Source of the DNA: Candidatus Omnitrophota bacterium | GTDB lineage: Bacteria; Omnitrophota; Gorgyraeia; Zapsychrales; Zapsychraceae | DNA length: 60,374 bases | Assembly (NCBI GenBank): GCA_023247445.1 | Contig: JAHFGL010000010.1 | Coordinates: 1-60,374 of the forward strand | Direction of reading: 5' to 3' | In this document: positions 18,669 to 28,121 of the stretch, in pieces | Layout: each line of letters begins with the position of its first letter | Numbering within the stretch: position 1 is the stretch's first letter | The notes under the pieces: model-generated | Told to the model about the DNA's origin: nothing | Seen by the model: the letters and a program-made list of their open reading frames with translations, nothing else | The model's database searches: none | Program-made: the position numbers and the translations under genes

Positions 18669-19355
18669 TTATAAACTCCTTATCAGATAATCTTTATATC
18701 GCCCTTTTAATTTACTTGTCATTTTCTTTGCGTCGGCTGTTTGTATAAATTTACCCACACAAACAATCGAATAATTACCTTTGCCAACCACAAATGCGTC
18801 CAATCCCGTCAACTTTAGCCGATCAGCTTCTTTTTGGGCGAAACTAGCCTGCTTATATGAGGCCACTTGAATCGTATAATTAAAATTTTCAAGAGGCTTA
18901 GTAGGCTTACTAACGACCGGGACAACTACAGCAGGAGCCTTATTAATCATCGCTGTCTGAATGCTCGCATTAACTCCTGAAACAATCTGAAGCGGGACAT
19001 TCTTATTAACCGCTTTGGGATTAACGCTCGATCCCTGGGTATTTGGCTGCTTGGCGGCTATGGTTGACACCGTCGCAGGCTTACTTAAGGGGGTTATTAT
19101 AGCATTATTTTTATTTTGTAAAGGAATTTTTTCTTGAGGGCTAGGAATGGCCGGGACCGCCTTACGCCCACGCTCAACACCCATGGAAAAAGATAAAACA
19201 AATACCATAAGAAGAATAATACATAACACGATAATATTTTCTGGAGGAAGTGTAATCGCTCGTAATATATAAGACCGCTGAGAAGTTTCCCCAGGGTTAG
19301 CGGACGCGCCAGGAAAGAGTTCGAACTGAGATTGTCGTTTATACGGGAGATCCAT
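18669..19355 (-). CDS. SPOR-domain membrane protein
   Basis: N-terminal TM, linker, YTIQVASY...A...L....G.F; TATAAT 7 nt before ATG. Confidence 0.8.
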   Translation of the reverse strand: MDLPYKRQSQFELFPGASANPGETSQRSYILRAITLPPENIIVLCIILLMVFVLSFSMGVERGRKAVPAIPSPQEKIPLQNKNNAIITPLSKPATVSTIAAKQPNTQGSSVNPKAVNKNVPLQIVSGVNASIQTAMINKAPAVVVPVVSKPTKPLENFNYTIQVASYKQASFAQKEADRLKLTGLDAFVVGKGNYSIVCVGKFIQTADAKKMTSKLKGRYKDYLIRSL

Positions 19356-19374
19356 GGGCGTAATTATAGTCCTT

Positions 19375-20442
19375 TCAATTAATAGAACTCAAGTACTTTC
19401 TAAATTTTTTTTGGTGCGACAACTCAATAAAGACATCGACGATCTTTGGATCAAATTGTGTACCACTATTGCGCTTTAATTCAAGGAGCGCCTCTTGAAT
19501 CGATAAACGACGTTTATACGGACGTTCTTTGAGCATCGCTTCAAAGGCATCCACAATCGCCATGACTCGCGCACCGAGCGGAATTTGTTCTTTCTTTAAA
19601 CCCGACGGATATCCCGTCCCATCATATTTTTCATGATGATAAAGGACAATGGGCAAAACTGGTTTTAAAAACCGCACTGGCTTAATTAATTCTACACTCT
19701 TTTTCGGATGTGTACGAATAATTTTAAATTCTTCTGCCGTCAAACGGCTGGTCTTCGAAAGAATGTCGTATGGCACATCAATAGCCCCTGCATCGTGCAG
19801 GACACTCGCATAATATAAACTATTAATGCCTTCCTGCCCCATGTTAATCTTTTCACCAATTGATTTCGTAATCTGGAAGTACGCTGGGGTGTGCGTTGAC
19901 ACGGCTGGTCCATGACGCTGCAACAATTTTCCAATAAATTCGATACTTCCTAAAATAATTTTCTGTTGCTCCTCATAAAGTTGTAAATTTCTAATCGCCG
20001 TGACAGCTTGTTCGCCAATAACTGAAAGCATTTCGCGGTCATATTCGGTAAATGAAGGTTCATCGACTTTTCGACGGACAAAAATAGCGCCAACGTTATC
20101 ATCGGCGACTAGCGGCAAACCAATTAAATGTTTCTCAAAAACTACATACCCTTGGGCCGCTTTTCGTTCAGCACTGGAAATTTTATCAATATCTTTTTTC
20201 TTGGTTACAAGAGTATTAATCTTGTTATCAAAGTTAGCGATAAGAATAATTTTTTCTTTTTTAGGATCAAGGATATAAATGCTGGACGAATTGGCATGAA
20301 TAAATTGACACAATAACCGCGCCAACCGCAGACTCAGTTCTTGCACGTTATAGGTTGAATTCACCAACCGATAAACCATGTGTACGGCGGATAAAATTTG
20401 TTTATATTTTTTGGTAGGGGTCGAAGAACTTTTTGTGTTCAT
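19375..20442 (-). CDS. GAF + HD-GYP domain protein
   Basis: GAF-like N-terminus (FTEYDREML...QAVTAI.N..LY), HD, HHEKYDGTGYPSGL, SGTQFDP. Confidence 0.85.
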   Translation of the reverse strand: MNTKSSSTPTKKYKQILSAVHMVYRLVNSTYNVQELSLRLARLLCQFIHANSSSIYILDPKKEKIILIANFDNKINTLVTKKKDIDKISSAERKAAQGYVVFEKHLIGLPLVADDNVGAIFVRRKVDEPSFTEYDREMLSVIGEQAVTAIRNLQLYEEQQKIILGSIEFIGKLLQRHGPAVSTHTPAYFQITKSIGEKINMGQEGINSLYYASVLHDAGAIDVPYDILSKTSRLTAEEFKIIRTHPKKSVELIKPVRFLKPVLPIVLYHHEKYDGTGYPSGLKKEQIPLGARVMAIVDAFEAMLKERPYKRRLSIQEALLELKRNSGTQFDPKIVDVFIELSHQKKFRKYLSSIN

Positions 20443-21586
20443 CTAAGGCAAACCTGTCCGTCATGGACGCAATGTGGTTACAAATAATTTGGTATTTCAT
20501 TTTTTCATCGTAATTGGTGTTGCGTTGATAAATCGAATACGGCAATTGATTTGGATTATCTTTATAAACTTTAAAAAGGTCCTGAATAATTCGCTTGGCC
20601 TTTTGCGTCATACGCTCAACGCGATAATGATGATAAAATTTCACATTAAGCAAATCTTGCAAGTAATCACGCTCGGACTTAATCGTTGGGCTAAAATCAA
20701 TAATTGATTCATCTGGGTGCTTGGCATTATGATTCTTAACTTCTTCCGACGATTTAAAATTATGGTCTTTGATCCGATTATCAGAATATGCAAGCAAATC
20801 TTTAGTCTGCATATCAATCAAGAATTTAACCACCTGATATTTTAACATATCTTTATTTTTTTGTGTAAGGCCATCATCGATCTTGCGGTAAGCCTTTTCC
20901 CAAAGAACACTTTCTTTCAAATCATCTTCGGTGATGCAACCTGAAGTTAATCCATCATCAATATCGTGCGACAAATAAGTTAAGGAATCAGCAACATCAA
21001 CCACCTGGGCCTCAAGCGTCGTCCCTTTATTTTTGTATTCACTCATGTCGCCCGCTTCATCATATTCAGTACGATGTTTTAAAATGCCAATTAAAACTTC
21101 TTGCGTCAGATTTAATCCACTAAAGTCAGGATAACGTTTTTCAAACTTCGTTACAATTTCAAAACTGCGGACATTGTGATTAAATCCAGGAACATGCGCC
21201 GCTTGCATGATGTCGTTAAGCGCGTATTCTCCAGCGTGGCCAAACGGTGGATGACCCAAGTCATGCGCAAGGGCAATGGCTTCAATTAAATCTTCGTTAA
21301 GCCTTAGACTTCGGCCAATTGTGCGAGCAATTTGTGCAACTTCAATTGTATGCGTCAAGCGCGTGCGGTAATAATCTCCTTCAAAGATGACAAAGACCTG
21401 TGTTTTGTACTCGAGTTTACGAAAGGCCTCTGAGTGCACAACACGATCACGATCACGCTGGTAACACGTCCGTGTTTCATGTTGAGGCTCCGCATGTTCG
21501 CGCCCGACGGAGTCTTTACTTTTCATCGCATACGGGGCTAAAATCTGATTTTCTAAATCCTCAAATTCTTTTCTTGTTCGCATCAT
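20402..21586 (-). CDS. dgt: dGTP triphosphohydrolase-like HD protein
   Basis: RDRDRVVHS.AFRKL..KTQVF, RTRLTHT.EV, AHDLGHPPFGHAGE. Confidence 0.92.
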   Translation of the reverse strand: MMRTRKEFEDLENQILAPYAMKSKDSVGREHAEPQHETRTCYQRDRDRVVHSEAFRKLEYKTQVFVIFEGDYYRTRLTHTIEVAQIARTIGRSLRLNEDLIEAIALAHDLGHPPFGHAGEYALNDIMQAAHVPGFNHNVRSFEIVTKFEKRYPDFSGLNLTQEVLIGILKHRTEYDEAGDMSEYKNKGTTLEAQVVDVADSLTYLSHDIDDGLTSGCITEDDLKESVLWEKAYRKIDDGLTQKNKDMLKYQVVKFLIDMQTKDLLAYSDNRIKDHNFKSSEEVKNHNAKHPDESIIDFSPTIKSERDYLQDLLNVKFYHHYRVERMTQKAKRIIQDLFKVYKDNPNQLPYSIYQRNTNYDEKMKYQIICNHIASMTDRFALDEHKKFFDPYQKI

Positions 21587-22058
21587 CCAACTTTTCAAAT
21601 AACGTTTTTAACGATTGAGAAATTACTTTGGTGTTTGACATAACCGGCATAAAATTAACATCACCATACCAACGGGGAACCAGATGAATATGAACATGCC
21701 CTGGAAAACCAGCCCCAGCGACGCGTCCAAGATTTATTCCGATGTTATAACCGCCAGGTTTTAATACTTTCTTTAAAAGCTTTTGTGTCTCTTGTAGAAG
21801 ATCAAACAATTCGTTTCGCTCAGCCTTTGTTAACTTACCTAAATCATCAACATGGCGATTGGGAAGAATTAACATGTGTCCATTATTGTAAGGATAAATG
21901 TTAAGAACAGAGAAACAATGCTTTGTTCGCGTTAAGATATAATTCTTCTTATCTTTTTTCTCTTTTAAAATGCGACAGAAAACGCACCCCTTCTGTTCTT
22001 TAAGAATCTTCGTAATATATTTAACCCGCCAGGGTGCCCAAAGTTTATCCATCATCAA
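21561..22058 (-). CDS. HIT-family hydrolase
   Basis: LWAPWR..Y, C.FC, HVHIHLVPRW. Confidence 0.92.
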   Translation of the reverse strand: MMMDKLWAPWRVKYITKILKEQKGCVFCRILKEKKDKKNYILTRTKHCFSVLNIYPYNNGHMLILPNRHVDDLGKLTKAERNELFDLLQETQKLLKKVLKPGGYNIGINLGRVAGAGFPGHVHIHLVPRWYGDVNFMPVMSNTKVISQSLKTLFEKLDDANKKRI

Positions 22059-22537
22059 TCCTTAATCTTTACAATTTTTCCTACAACTTTATTTTTATTC
22101 ACTTCTAAAATTCCATACGAACGAAATGGGGCACGGACAATATCATTCGGACTGCCCGGGTTAAAATACAAGACATTATTAATCCGTTCGTTGAAAGCTT
22201 CATGAGAATGCCCAAAAACAACAACATCCACCTTATCTTTTTCAAATTGGGCCTGGACACACGCCAAAATATTCTTGGGAGCGCCCGCTCCGTGATAAAG
22301 ACCAATGACAACATCTTCTACCTTAAAAATTAATCGCTCAGGGATAGCCTGCCGCACCTTCACATCATCCATATTCCCAAAAACAGCTTTGACATCTTTT
22401 ATTTTTGAGAATATTTTCAGATCTTCCATCGAACAAAAATCACCCGTATGAATAATCAAATCTACTGTTTTAAAACTATCGAGAACAACCTGGGGAACCG
22501 CGAGTGAATGCGTATCTGAAACAACACCGATTTTCAT
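22055..22537 (-). CDS. YfcE-like metallophosphoesterase
   Basis: SDTH, H.GD, GNMD, GHSH, NPGS. Confidence 0.92.
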   Translation of the reverse strand: MKIGVVSDTHSLAVPQVVLDSFKTVDLIIHTGDFCSMEDLKIFSKIKDVKAVFGNMDDVKVRQAIPERLIFKVEDVVIGLYHGAGAPKNILACVQAQFEKDKVDVVVFGHSHEAFNERINNVLYFNPGSPNDIVRAPFRSYGILEVNKNKVVGKIVKIKD

Positions 22538-24171
22538 TAAACAATAAATGGCTGATCAAACAGCGTTAGAAGAGTGTTGAGCTCCCCTTCATTCCAGATC
22601 CAAAATCTTTCTTGAAGAGCTTTTAATCGGGCATTGACATCTAAATCCGACAGACAAACCAAAAGACACCGTTCAGGTTTTTGTCCAATTTTCTTTAATT
22701 CCGATAAAACAAAATTAATATCAGTTTCGACGAAATTGTCTTTCTTTGTCACCACAAACCAAATCGTATCTTGTGTTGATGCTTTAATCACATCAAAACA
22801 AAGCCCATTGTCACTCTTTATTTTGATTGGTTCAAAGGAACGAAAAATCGGCAACTTGTAACGACGCCCATTTAAGTCAAAGGACTCATTGTCAAAACAA
22901 TGCAAAAGCTCAACAATGCGTGACGAGAAATCTTTACGAGAACTGAGTTTGAAACTCTCAATGAGCTTATTAAACTCCTCTTTAAATTGCTTACGCTGCT
23001 TATCCGGGGAAAGCTCCACATCACGCAAACGTTTCTGGTAAACATATTTAATCCAGAACTTCAACAGCTTATCTTTAAAATAATAAAAGTTGCCGTTCTT
23101 AACAATAATTCCTTGTTCTAACAGTCTTAAGATCTTCTGATGAATCTGTGTCCGAGGGATGCTAAGATCAGCAACAATTTCTTCAATTTTATGCTTACCA
23201 TTAGCCAAAGAAATAAAAATGGAAGAAATCATTCGATTGCCCTTACCGCTACAGAGATCACTAACAACAAGTTCAAAATGACGACTCACAACTCCCCAAC
23301 GGTCAAAGATTGTATTCTCAATGGCCTGGGTAACAATGGGCATATAAACTTCACTTTGATTATGAATAGCGCTCAAATTTTTTAGTTCTTGGCAGATTAG
23401 ATTTAAATACAGCGGATGTCCGCCGGTAAAATCCGTAATGAAACTTCTCAGTTGAATCCCAATTCTTTTTTCCTTAAGACTATATTCAATAAATTCCTGA
23501 CTGGTTTGTAAATCAAAGGCCTCAACATCGACAACTTCAAAATTACCAAAAAGCAGTGACAACTTTTCGCTAACAATCTTTTTGGCTAAAGAAGGAAATG
23601 AACTCGAAAGAATATAGAAACACTTTTTTTGCGTCATGATCTTTTTTCCAAGATCTTGGAACGCATTGGCAATTCCAAAATCTTCCAAATTTTGAAATTC
23701 ATCTAAGATCAAGACACAAAATTTGCCAGTTTCATTAGTAAAGATTTCAGGAAGCACCAATAATCCCTGAAACAAATCGGCTGTTTTATCTTTGATTAAA
23801 TCAGCTTGTAACTTTCGAATAACTTGAACTGTCTGGGGGATAAACTTTTCCGTGCTGGTTAAGAGAAGATTAATATCATCGTACAACGGAAGCTGTTTGT
23901 TTTTGGAATAATTATAGAGAAGACTACCGATGAATTTTGAAAAGAAGTATCTAAAATCTTTATTTTCTAAATCGAGGTAGATAACCGTCACATCTGGGTC
24001 ATCTAAGTTAATGACAAAATGATGTAAGATCGTACTTTTACCAACATACGGAAGTCCTAAAAAGGCAATATTTTGGCGGTACCCTTCTTTTAAGTCAACA
24101 ACGCGCCTTTTAAGCAAGTTTAGAATCTTTGTTCGGCCAAAAAATTTATGTTCTGATTCGGTATAGTTCAT
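22537..24171 (-). CDS. Archaeal-type (ATPase_2-like) P-loop ATPase with winged-helix and C-terminal nuclease-like domain
   Basis: FFGR, Walker A GLPYVGKS, Walker B LILDEFQ, TGGHPLYL. Confidence 0.7.
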   Translation of the reverse strand: MNYTESEHKFFGRTKILNLLKRRVVDLKEGYRQNIAFLGLPYVGKSTILHHFVINLDDPDVTVIYLDLENKDFRYFFSKFIGSLLYNYSKNKQLPLYDDINLLLTSTEKFIPQTVQVIRKLQADLIKDKTADLFQGLLVLPEIFTNETGKFCVLILDEFQNLEDFGIANAFQDLGKKIMTQKKCFYILSSSFPSLAKKIVSEKLSLLFGNFEVVDVEAFDLQTSQEFIEYSLKEKRIGIQLRSFITDFTGGHPLYLNLICQELKNLSAIHNQSEVYMPIVTQAIENTIFDRWGVVSRHFELVVSDLCSGKGNRMISSIFISLANGKHKIEEIVADLSIPRTQIHQKILRLLEQGIIVKNGNFYYFKDKLLKFWIKYVYQKRLRDVELSPDKQRKQFKEEFNKLIESFKLSSRKDFSSRIVELLHCFDNESFDLNGRRYKLPIFRSFEPIKIKSDNGLCFDVIKASTQDTIWFVVTKKDNFVETDINFVLSELKKIGQKPERCLLVCLSDLDVNARLKALQERFWIWNEGELNTLLTLFDQPFIV

Positions 24172-24176
24172 GATAT

Positions 24177-24866
24177 CTAAGGTAAATAATAAAGTGGATT
24201 CTGTTCATTTGAATTTCGACGAATCTCAAAATGTAAATACGCTAAATCATTATTCTTTTTAGCGGCGTGGGCAATCTCTTGCCCGCGATGAACAACATCA
24301 CCTAAATTAACTAACAACTTCGCATTCTTCGCATATAAAGAATATAGACCATCCGAATGATCCAAAACGATTGTATAGCCATAACCAGTCAAGTAGTCAC
24401 TAAAAATAACATTCCCTTGACGTGCGGCTTTAACTATTTGTCCCTCTGTCACTTGAATATCAATACCATTATTGACCCGAGACCCATCACGGTCACGAAA
24501 ATATTCAATGACCTTGCCCTTAACAGGCCAAATAAAATCATTGTCTAATTGTTCTTTACTCAAAGTTACTTCTTTAACGGCCATTGCTCCTGGAATAAAA
24601 ACCAGCTGATTTTCTTCAAGGCGGGCGACGTTGGGAATATCATTGCTCTTAATAATATCATCGATGGAAACAGTATAGGTCGTCGCAATTCGCCAAAGGG
24701 TTTCGCCACGTTTAACCTTGTGATAAATACCGACTTTTTCTGGCTCAGGAAATTTAGTAGAAACATTTGTCGTAGGGGTCGTTGTGCAACCGGTTAGCCA
24801 GATGGAGGATAGAAGGGAGATGATGGAAATTAGAAAAACTGTAAAAAAAAGTTTAAAATCTTTCAT
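24177..24866 (-). CDS. LysM + M23 peptidase-family lipoprotein (NlpD-like)
   Basis: LTGC lipobox, HKVKRGETLWRIA, FIWPVKG, NNGID, LHFEIR; start uncertain. Confidence 0.88.
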   Translation of the reverse strand: MKDFKLFFTVFLISIISLLSSIWLTGCTTTPTTNVSTKFPEPEKVGIYHKVKRGETLWRIATTYTVSIDDIIKSNDIPNVARLEENQLVFIPGAMAVKEVTLSKEQLDNDFIWPVKGKVIEYFRDRDGSRVNNGIDIQVTEGQIVKAARQGNVIFSDYLTGYGYTIVLDHSDGLYSLYAKNAKLLVNLGDVVHRGQEIAHAAKKNNDLAYLHFEIRRNSNEQNPLYYLP

Positions 24867-24928
24867 AAAACTTTTAAAACGATTTAATTCCATTTTCTCT
24901 CTTCTATCTTCCATTATCATTTCAAAAA

Positions 24929-24999
24929 AGCGAGGGACGGGAATCGAACCCGCGCGATGAGCTTGGGAAGCTCACATTCTACCATTGAATTACCCTCGC
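24929..24999 (-). tRNA. tRNA-Gly(CCC)
   Basis: GCGAGGG acceptor stem, anticodon arm GAGC-TTCCCAA-GCTC, GGTTCGATTCC T-arm; CCA not encoded. Confidence 0.95.
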
Positions 25000-25011
25000 A
25001 ATTCTTAAACT

Positions 25012-25641
25012 CTATATCCGGTCTTTAAATTTTCTGACCTGATCTTGAACATTTTGCGCTTCTAAAATTGCCCGACAAACGGCAATACGCTTTATTCCGC
25101 GCATTTTTATCTGATCAACATTGTTTAAATCAATCCCGCCAATAGCAAAAATTGGAACCTGATTATACTGCACTACTTTTTTCAACAAATTTAAATCCAT
25201 TGGGGAACGATTGGGCTTTGTTAACGTTTTAAAAATCGATCCAAAACCAATATAGTCAACCCCTGCTTTTTGTGCGGCCGCAAGATGCGCGAACGTTTGA
25301 CAAGAAGTTCCAATAATCGCCTTTGGCCCTAACATTTTTCTGGCGATTTTAATGGGGATGTCTTCTTGTCCCAAATGAACACCGGAAGCCTTGGCGATGA
25401 TCGCTAAATCAACGCGATCATTGATAATGTAAGGAATGCGTCCTTTTGTTACTCTAAGAACTTCTTTAGAAAATTTCAGGATATCGGCAGCATTCCCACC
25501 CTTATCGCGTAGTTGAATAATATCAACTCCAGCGGCAATGGCTTTACCGGCAATATCAAATAGCTCATCGTACGACTTAACTTCTGTATCCAAAATCAAA
25601 TACAACTTACAACTGCTGAGTAACTTTCTTTTCAAGAGCAT
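25012..25641 (-). CDS. thiE: Thiamine-phosphate synthase
   Basis: QLRDK, IINDRVD, GVHLGQED, AIGGI. Confidence 0.95.
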   Translation of the reverse strand: MLLKRKLLSSCKLYLILDTEVKSYDELFDIAGKAIAAGVDIIQLRDKGGNAADILKFSKEVLRVTKGRIPYIINDRVDLAIIAKASGVHLGQEDIPIKIARKMLGPKAIIGTSCQTFAHLAAAQKAGVDYIGFGSIFKTLTKPNRSPMDLNLLKKVVQYNQVPIFAIGGIDLNNVDQIKMRGIKRIAVCRAILEAQNVQDQVRKFKDRI

Positions 25642-26023
25642 ATACTTTGTAACGCATCTGTTTGATCTTCACCGCCAAATTGGTATTGAGCAACTTCGTT
25701 ACTTCTTCCAAAACCCGCATTGATTCTTTGACACGTTGACTATTGGCATAGAAAACATCAGCCATCTTTTTTCGCTTTAATTCTAAACTTGTGCTTGCGC
25801 GCCCGACATCACCATCAATGTCACGTGCTTGAATGACAATCGAAATCTTCAAGCTAGCGATACACTGGGTTAATTCATGACGGATATTTTTAAAAGATCG
25901 GGCAAAGCTACTCTGATCTAATACAAATCGGCAAATATCTTCACAAACACGCAAACCTTCCTTCGTGCGATTAAAATTCGCATCGACAATGCGATAGATT
26001 TTTTGACTGGCTATTTGGCGCAC
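25607..26023 (-). CDS. ThiD2-like protein (stand-alone N-terminal domain of long ThiE)
   Basis: RIVDANFNR..EGLRV.ED, R....DVG, AN..RV.ES.RVLEE. Confidence 0.8.
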   Translation of the reverse strand: MRQIASQKIYRIVDANFNRTKEGLRVCEDICRFVLDQSSFARSFKNIRHELTQCIASLKISIVIQARDIDGDVGRASTSLELKRKKMADVFYANSQRVKESMRVLEEVTKLLNTNLAVKIKQMRYKVYALEKKVTQQL

Positions 26024-26499
26024 CGTTCACTAATTGTTTTGATGATATTTGTCGATGATAATCCATCAACATAGGTGATGAACTCAACTTTTCCGCCATG
26101 TGATTTGACACTCGCTGCGCCAACCACATCCTTGCCTTTCCAATCCGCCCCCTTAATCAAAACATCTGGCTTGATCGCTTCAATAACCTTTAAAGGCGTT
26201 TCTTCATTAAATATAGTTACAAAATCAACACACTCTAAAGCGGCTAGGACAGCCGCGCGTTGATTCTCTGAGACAATCGGCCGCTTCGGTCCCTTCAATT
26301 TTCTGACGGAACTATCACTATTTAATCCAATAATCAAAATGCGGGAATCTTTCTTTGCCGCTTCTAAATAACTAACATGGCCAAAATGTAAAATATCAAA
26401 ACAGCCGTTGGTAAAAGCGATCTCTTTTCCTTGCTTACGTAAGGAAAGAATTTTCTTTTTAAGCGTCGCGCTACTAACGATTTTATGTTTCGTATTCAC
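26011..26499 (-). CDS. rfaE2: Heptose-1-phosphate adenylyltransferase (RfaE domain II)
   Basis: FTNGCFDILHFGH, GLNSD.SV..LKG..RP, KGADW. Confidence 0.93.
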   Translation of the reverse strand: MNTKHKIVSSATLKKKILSLRKQGKEIAFTNGCFDILHFGHVSYLEAAKKDSRILIIGLNSDSSVRKLKGPKRPIVSENQRAAVLAALECVDFVTIFNEETPLKVIEAIKPDVLIKGADWKGKDVVGAASVKSHGGKVEFITYVDGLSSTNIIKTISERCAK

Positions 26500-26504
26500 A
26501 ATAA

Positions 26505-27071
26505 TTATTTAAATTGGTTTTCAACTAATTCACAAATTGAATGATAAATACAGATGTGGGATTCTTGAATGCGTGCCGTTACATTGGATGGAACAATAAC
26601 GCAGATATCAGAAATTTGGGCTAATTGACCGCCGCTACATCCCGTGAGCGTAATGGTTGTAAGTCCCATGGACTTCGCCTTTTTGACGGCCTCAACAACA
26701 TTTTTGGAATTGCCGCTGGTTGAAATCCCAAAGGCTATATCACCTTTTTGTCCAAGCCCTTCGATCTGGCGCGCAAAAACAATATCAAATGAATAGTCAT
26801 TGCCTAAGGCGGTAAGAATTGATGAGTCCGTCGTCAAAGCAATCGCCGCTAATGATTTTCGTTCCTTCTGAAAACGTCCAATAAATTCGGCGGCGATGTG
26901 TTGGCTATCGGCCGCGGATCCGCCATTGCCAAAAAATAAAAGTTTGCCACCATTTTTTAATGTTGTTGTAATCGATTCTACAATCGAAACAATTTTATCG
27001 ACATTGGATTTAAGCGTGGCCTCTTTAACGGCTATCGATTCTTTAAAAATATTTTCAATGCGTTCTTTCAT
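26505..27071 (-). CDS. gmhA: Phosphoheptose isomerase
   Basis: GNGGSAADSQH.AAE, STSGNS.NV, RIQE.H. Confidence 0.96.
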   Translation of the reverse strand: MKERIENIFKESIAVKEATLKSNVDKIVSIVESITTTLKNGGKLLFFGNGGSAADSQHIAAEFIGRFQKERKSLAAIALTTDSSILTALGNDYSFDIVFARQIEGLGQKGDIAFGISTSGNSKNVVEAVKKAKSMGLTTITLTGCSGGQLAQISDICVIVPSNVTARIQESHICIYHSICELVENQFK

Positions 27072-28108
27072 AGATTATTTTCCGTTACGGCTGAGAAAAC
27101 CTTGGATATTTCATAAAGGTCAAGATCAATTGACTTACGCTGCTTAACAGCTTCTTTAATATCAACTGAGCGAATCTTGTTGTCATGTAAGCTAACCATT
27201 TTTCCAAATTTACTTTCTTTAACTAATTCAACGGCTTTAACCCCAAAACGCGTACCGATGATGCGATCATACGCGGTTGGGATACCCCCGCGCTGGATAT
27301 ATCCAAGTACGCTTACGCGAGTTTCATAACCTGTTTTATCTTCGATTAGATTCGCTAAGAATTCTCCCATTTTTCCGACGCGATGTTTACCGCTGGTGTC
27401 ATCGCGATCAAAATCTGTATATCCTGCAACGCGGGCTCCTTCAGAAACCACGATGATACTAAATGATTTGCCACGTCCATGACGTAATCGCAAAGAATCG
27501 CAAATCTCGTCGATATTAATTGGAAACTCCGGCACCAAAATAATATCAGCCCCACCCGCGATTCCTGCCTCAAGGGCGATCCATCCGGTATAACGCCCCA
27601 TGACCTCAATAACAATGATGCGATGATGACTTTCGGCCGTTGTGTGAAGACGATCAATGCATTCGGTCGCGACATTAACAGCTGTATCAAAACCAAAGGC
27701 ATAATCCGTTCCCGAGAGCGCATTATCAATTGACTTTGGAACGCCAACAACACGGATAACATCCATCTCATGTAAATCAAGCGCAATTTTTAACGTGTCT
27801 TCGCCTCCAACAGCAATGACGGCGTCAATACCGCTGCGTTTATAATTCTCACTAATTTTTTTAATTTGATCAGCTTTAAGAGGAGAAACCATTCGGCTGG
27901 TTCCAAGAATGGTACCGCCGCGATCTAAGATGCCGGAGGTCAAACGAAGATCAAGAATGCGCATATCATTTTCAATTAGTCCCATCCATCCATTTTTTAT
28001 GCCCGTCACCACGCAACCTTCCTGCATTGCCTTACGCACCACCGCGCGAATCACTGAATTTAATCCAGGACAATCAGCGCCACCAGTTAAAATACCTATT
28101 TTCTTCAT
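27068..28108 (-). CDS. PfkA-family phosphofructokinase (GGEDT/PK signature, PPi-type or mixed)
   Basis: GILTGGADCPGLN, GGTILGTSR, GGEDT, PKSIDNA, EVMGR, LGYIQRGG. Confidence 0.9.
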   Translation of the reverse strand: MKKIGILTGGADCPGLNSVIRAVVRKAMQEGCVVTGIKNGWMGLIENDMRILDLRLTSGILDRGGTILGTSRMVSPLKADQIKKISENYKRSGIDAVIAVGGEDTLKIALDLHEMDVIRVVGVPKSIDNALSGTDYAFGFDTAVNVATECIDRLHTTAESHHRIIVIEVMGRYTGWIALEAGIAGGADIILVPEFPINIDEICDSLRLRHGRGKSFSIIVVSEGARVAGYTDFDRDDTSGKHRVGKMGEFLANLIEDKTGYETRVSVLGYIQRGGIPTAYDRIIGTRFGVKAVELVKESKFGKMVSLHDNKIRSVDIKEAVKQRKSIDLDLYEISKVFSAVTENNL

Positions 28109-28121
28109 GGCCTTTCCTTTT

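Noticed and set aside
24929-24999. tRNA-Gly as an integration site for an island or prophage
   Set aside because: No integrase and no duplicated tRNA 3' end were seen in the window, and the flanks are housekeeping genes.
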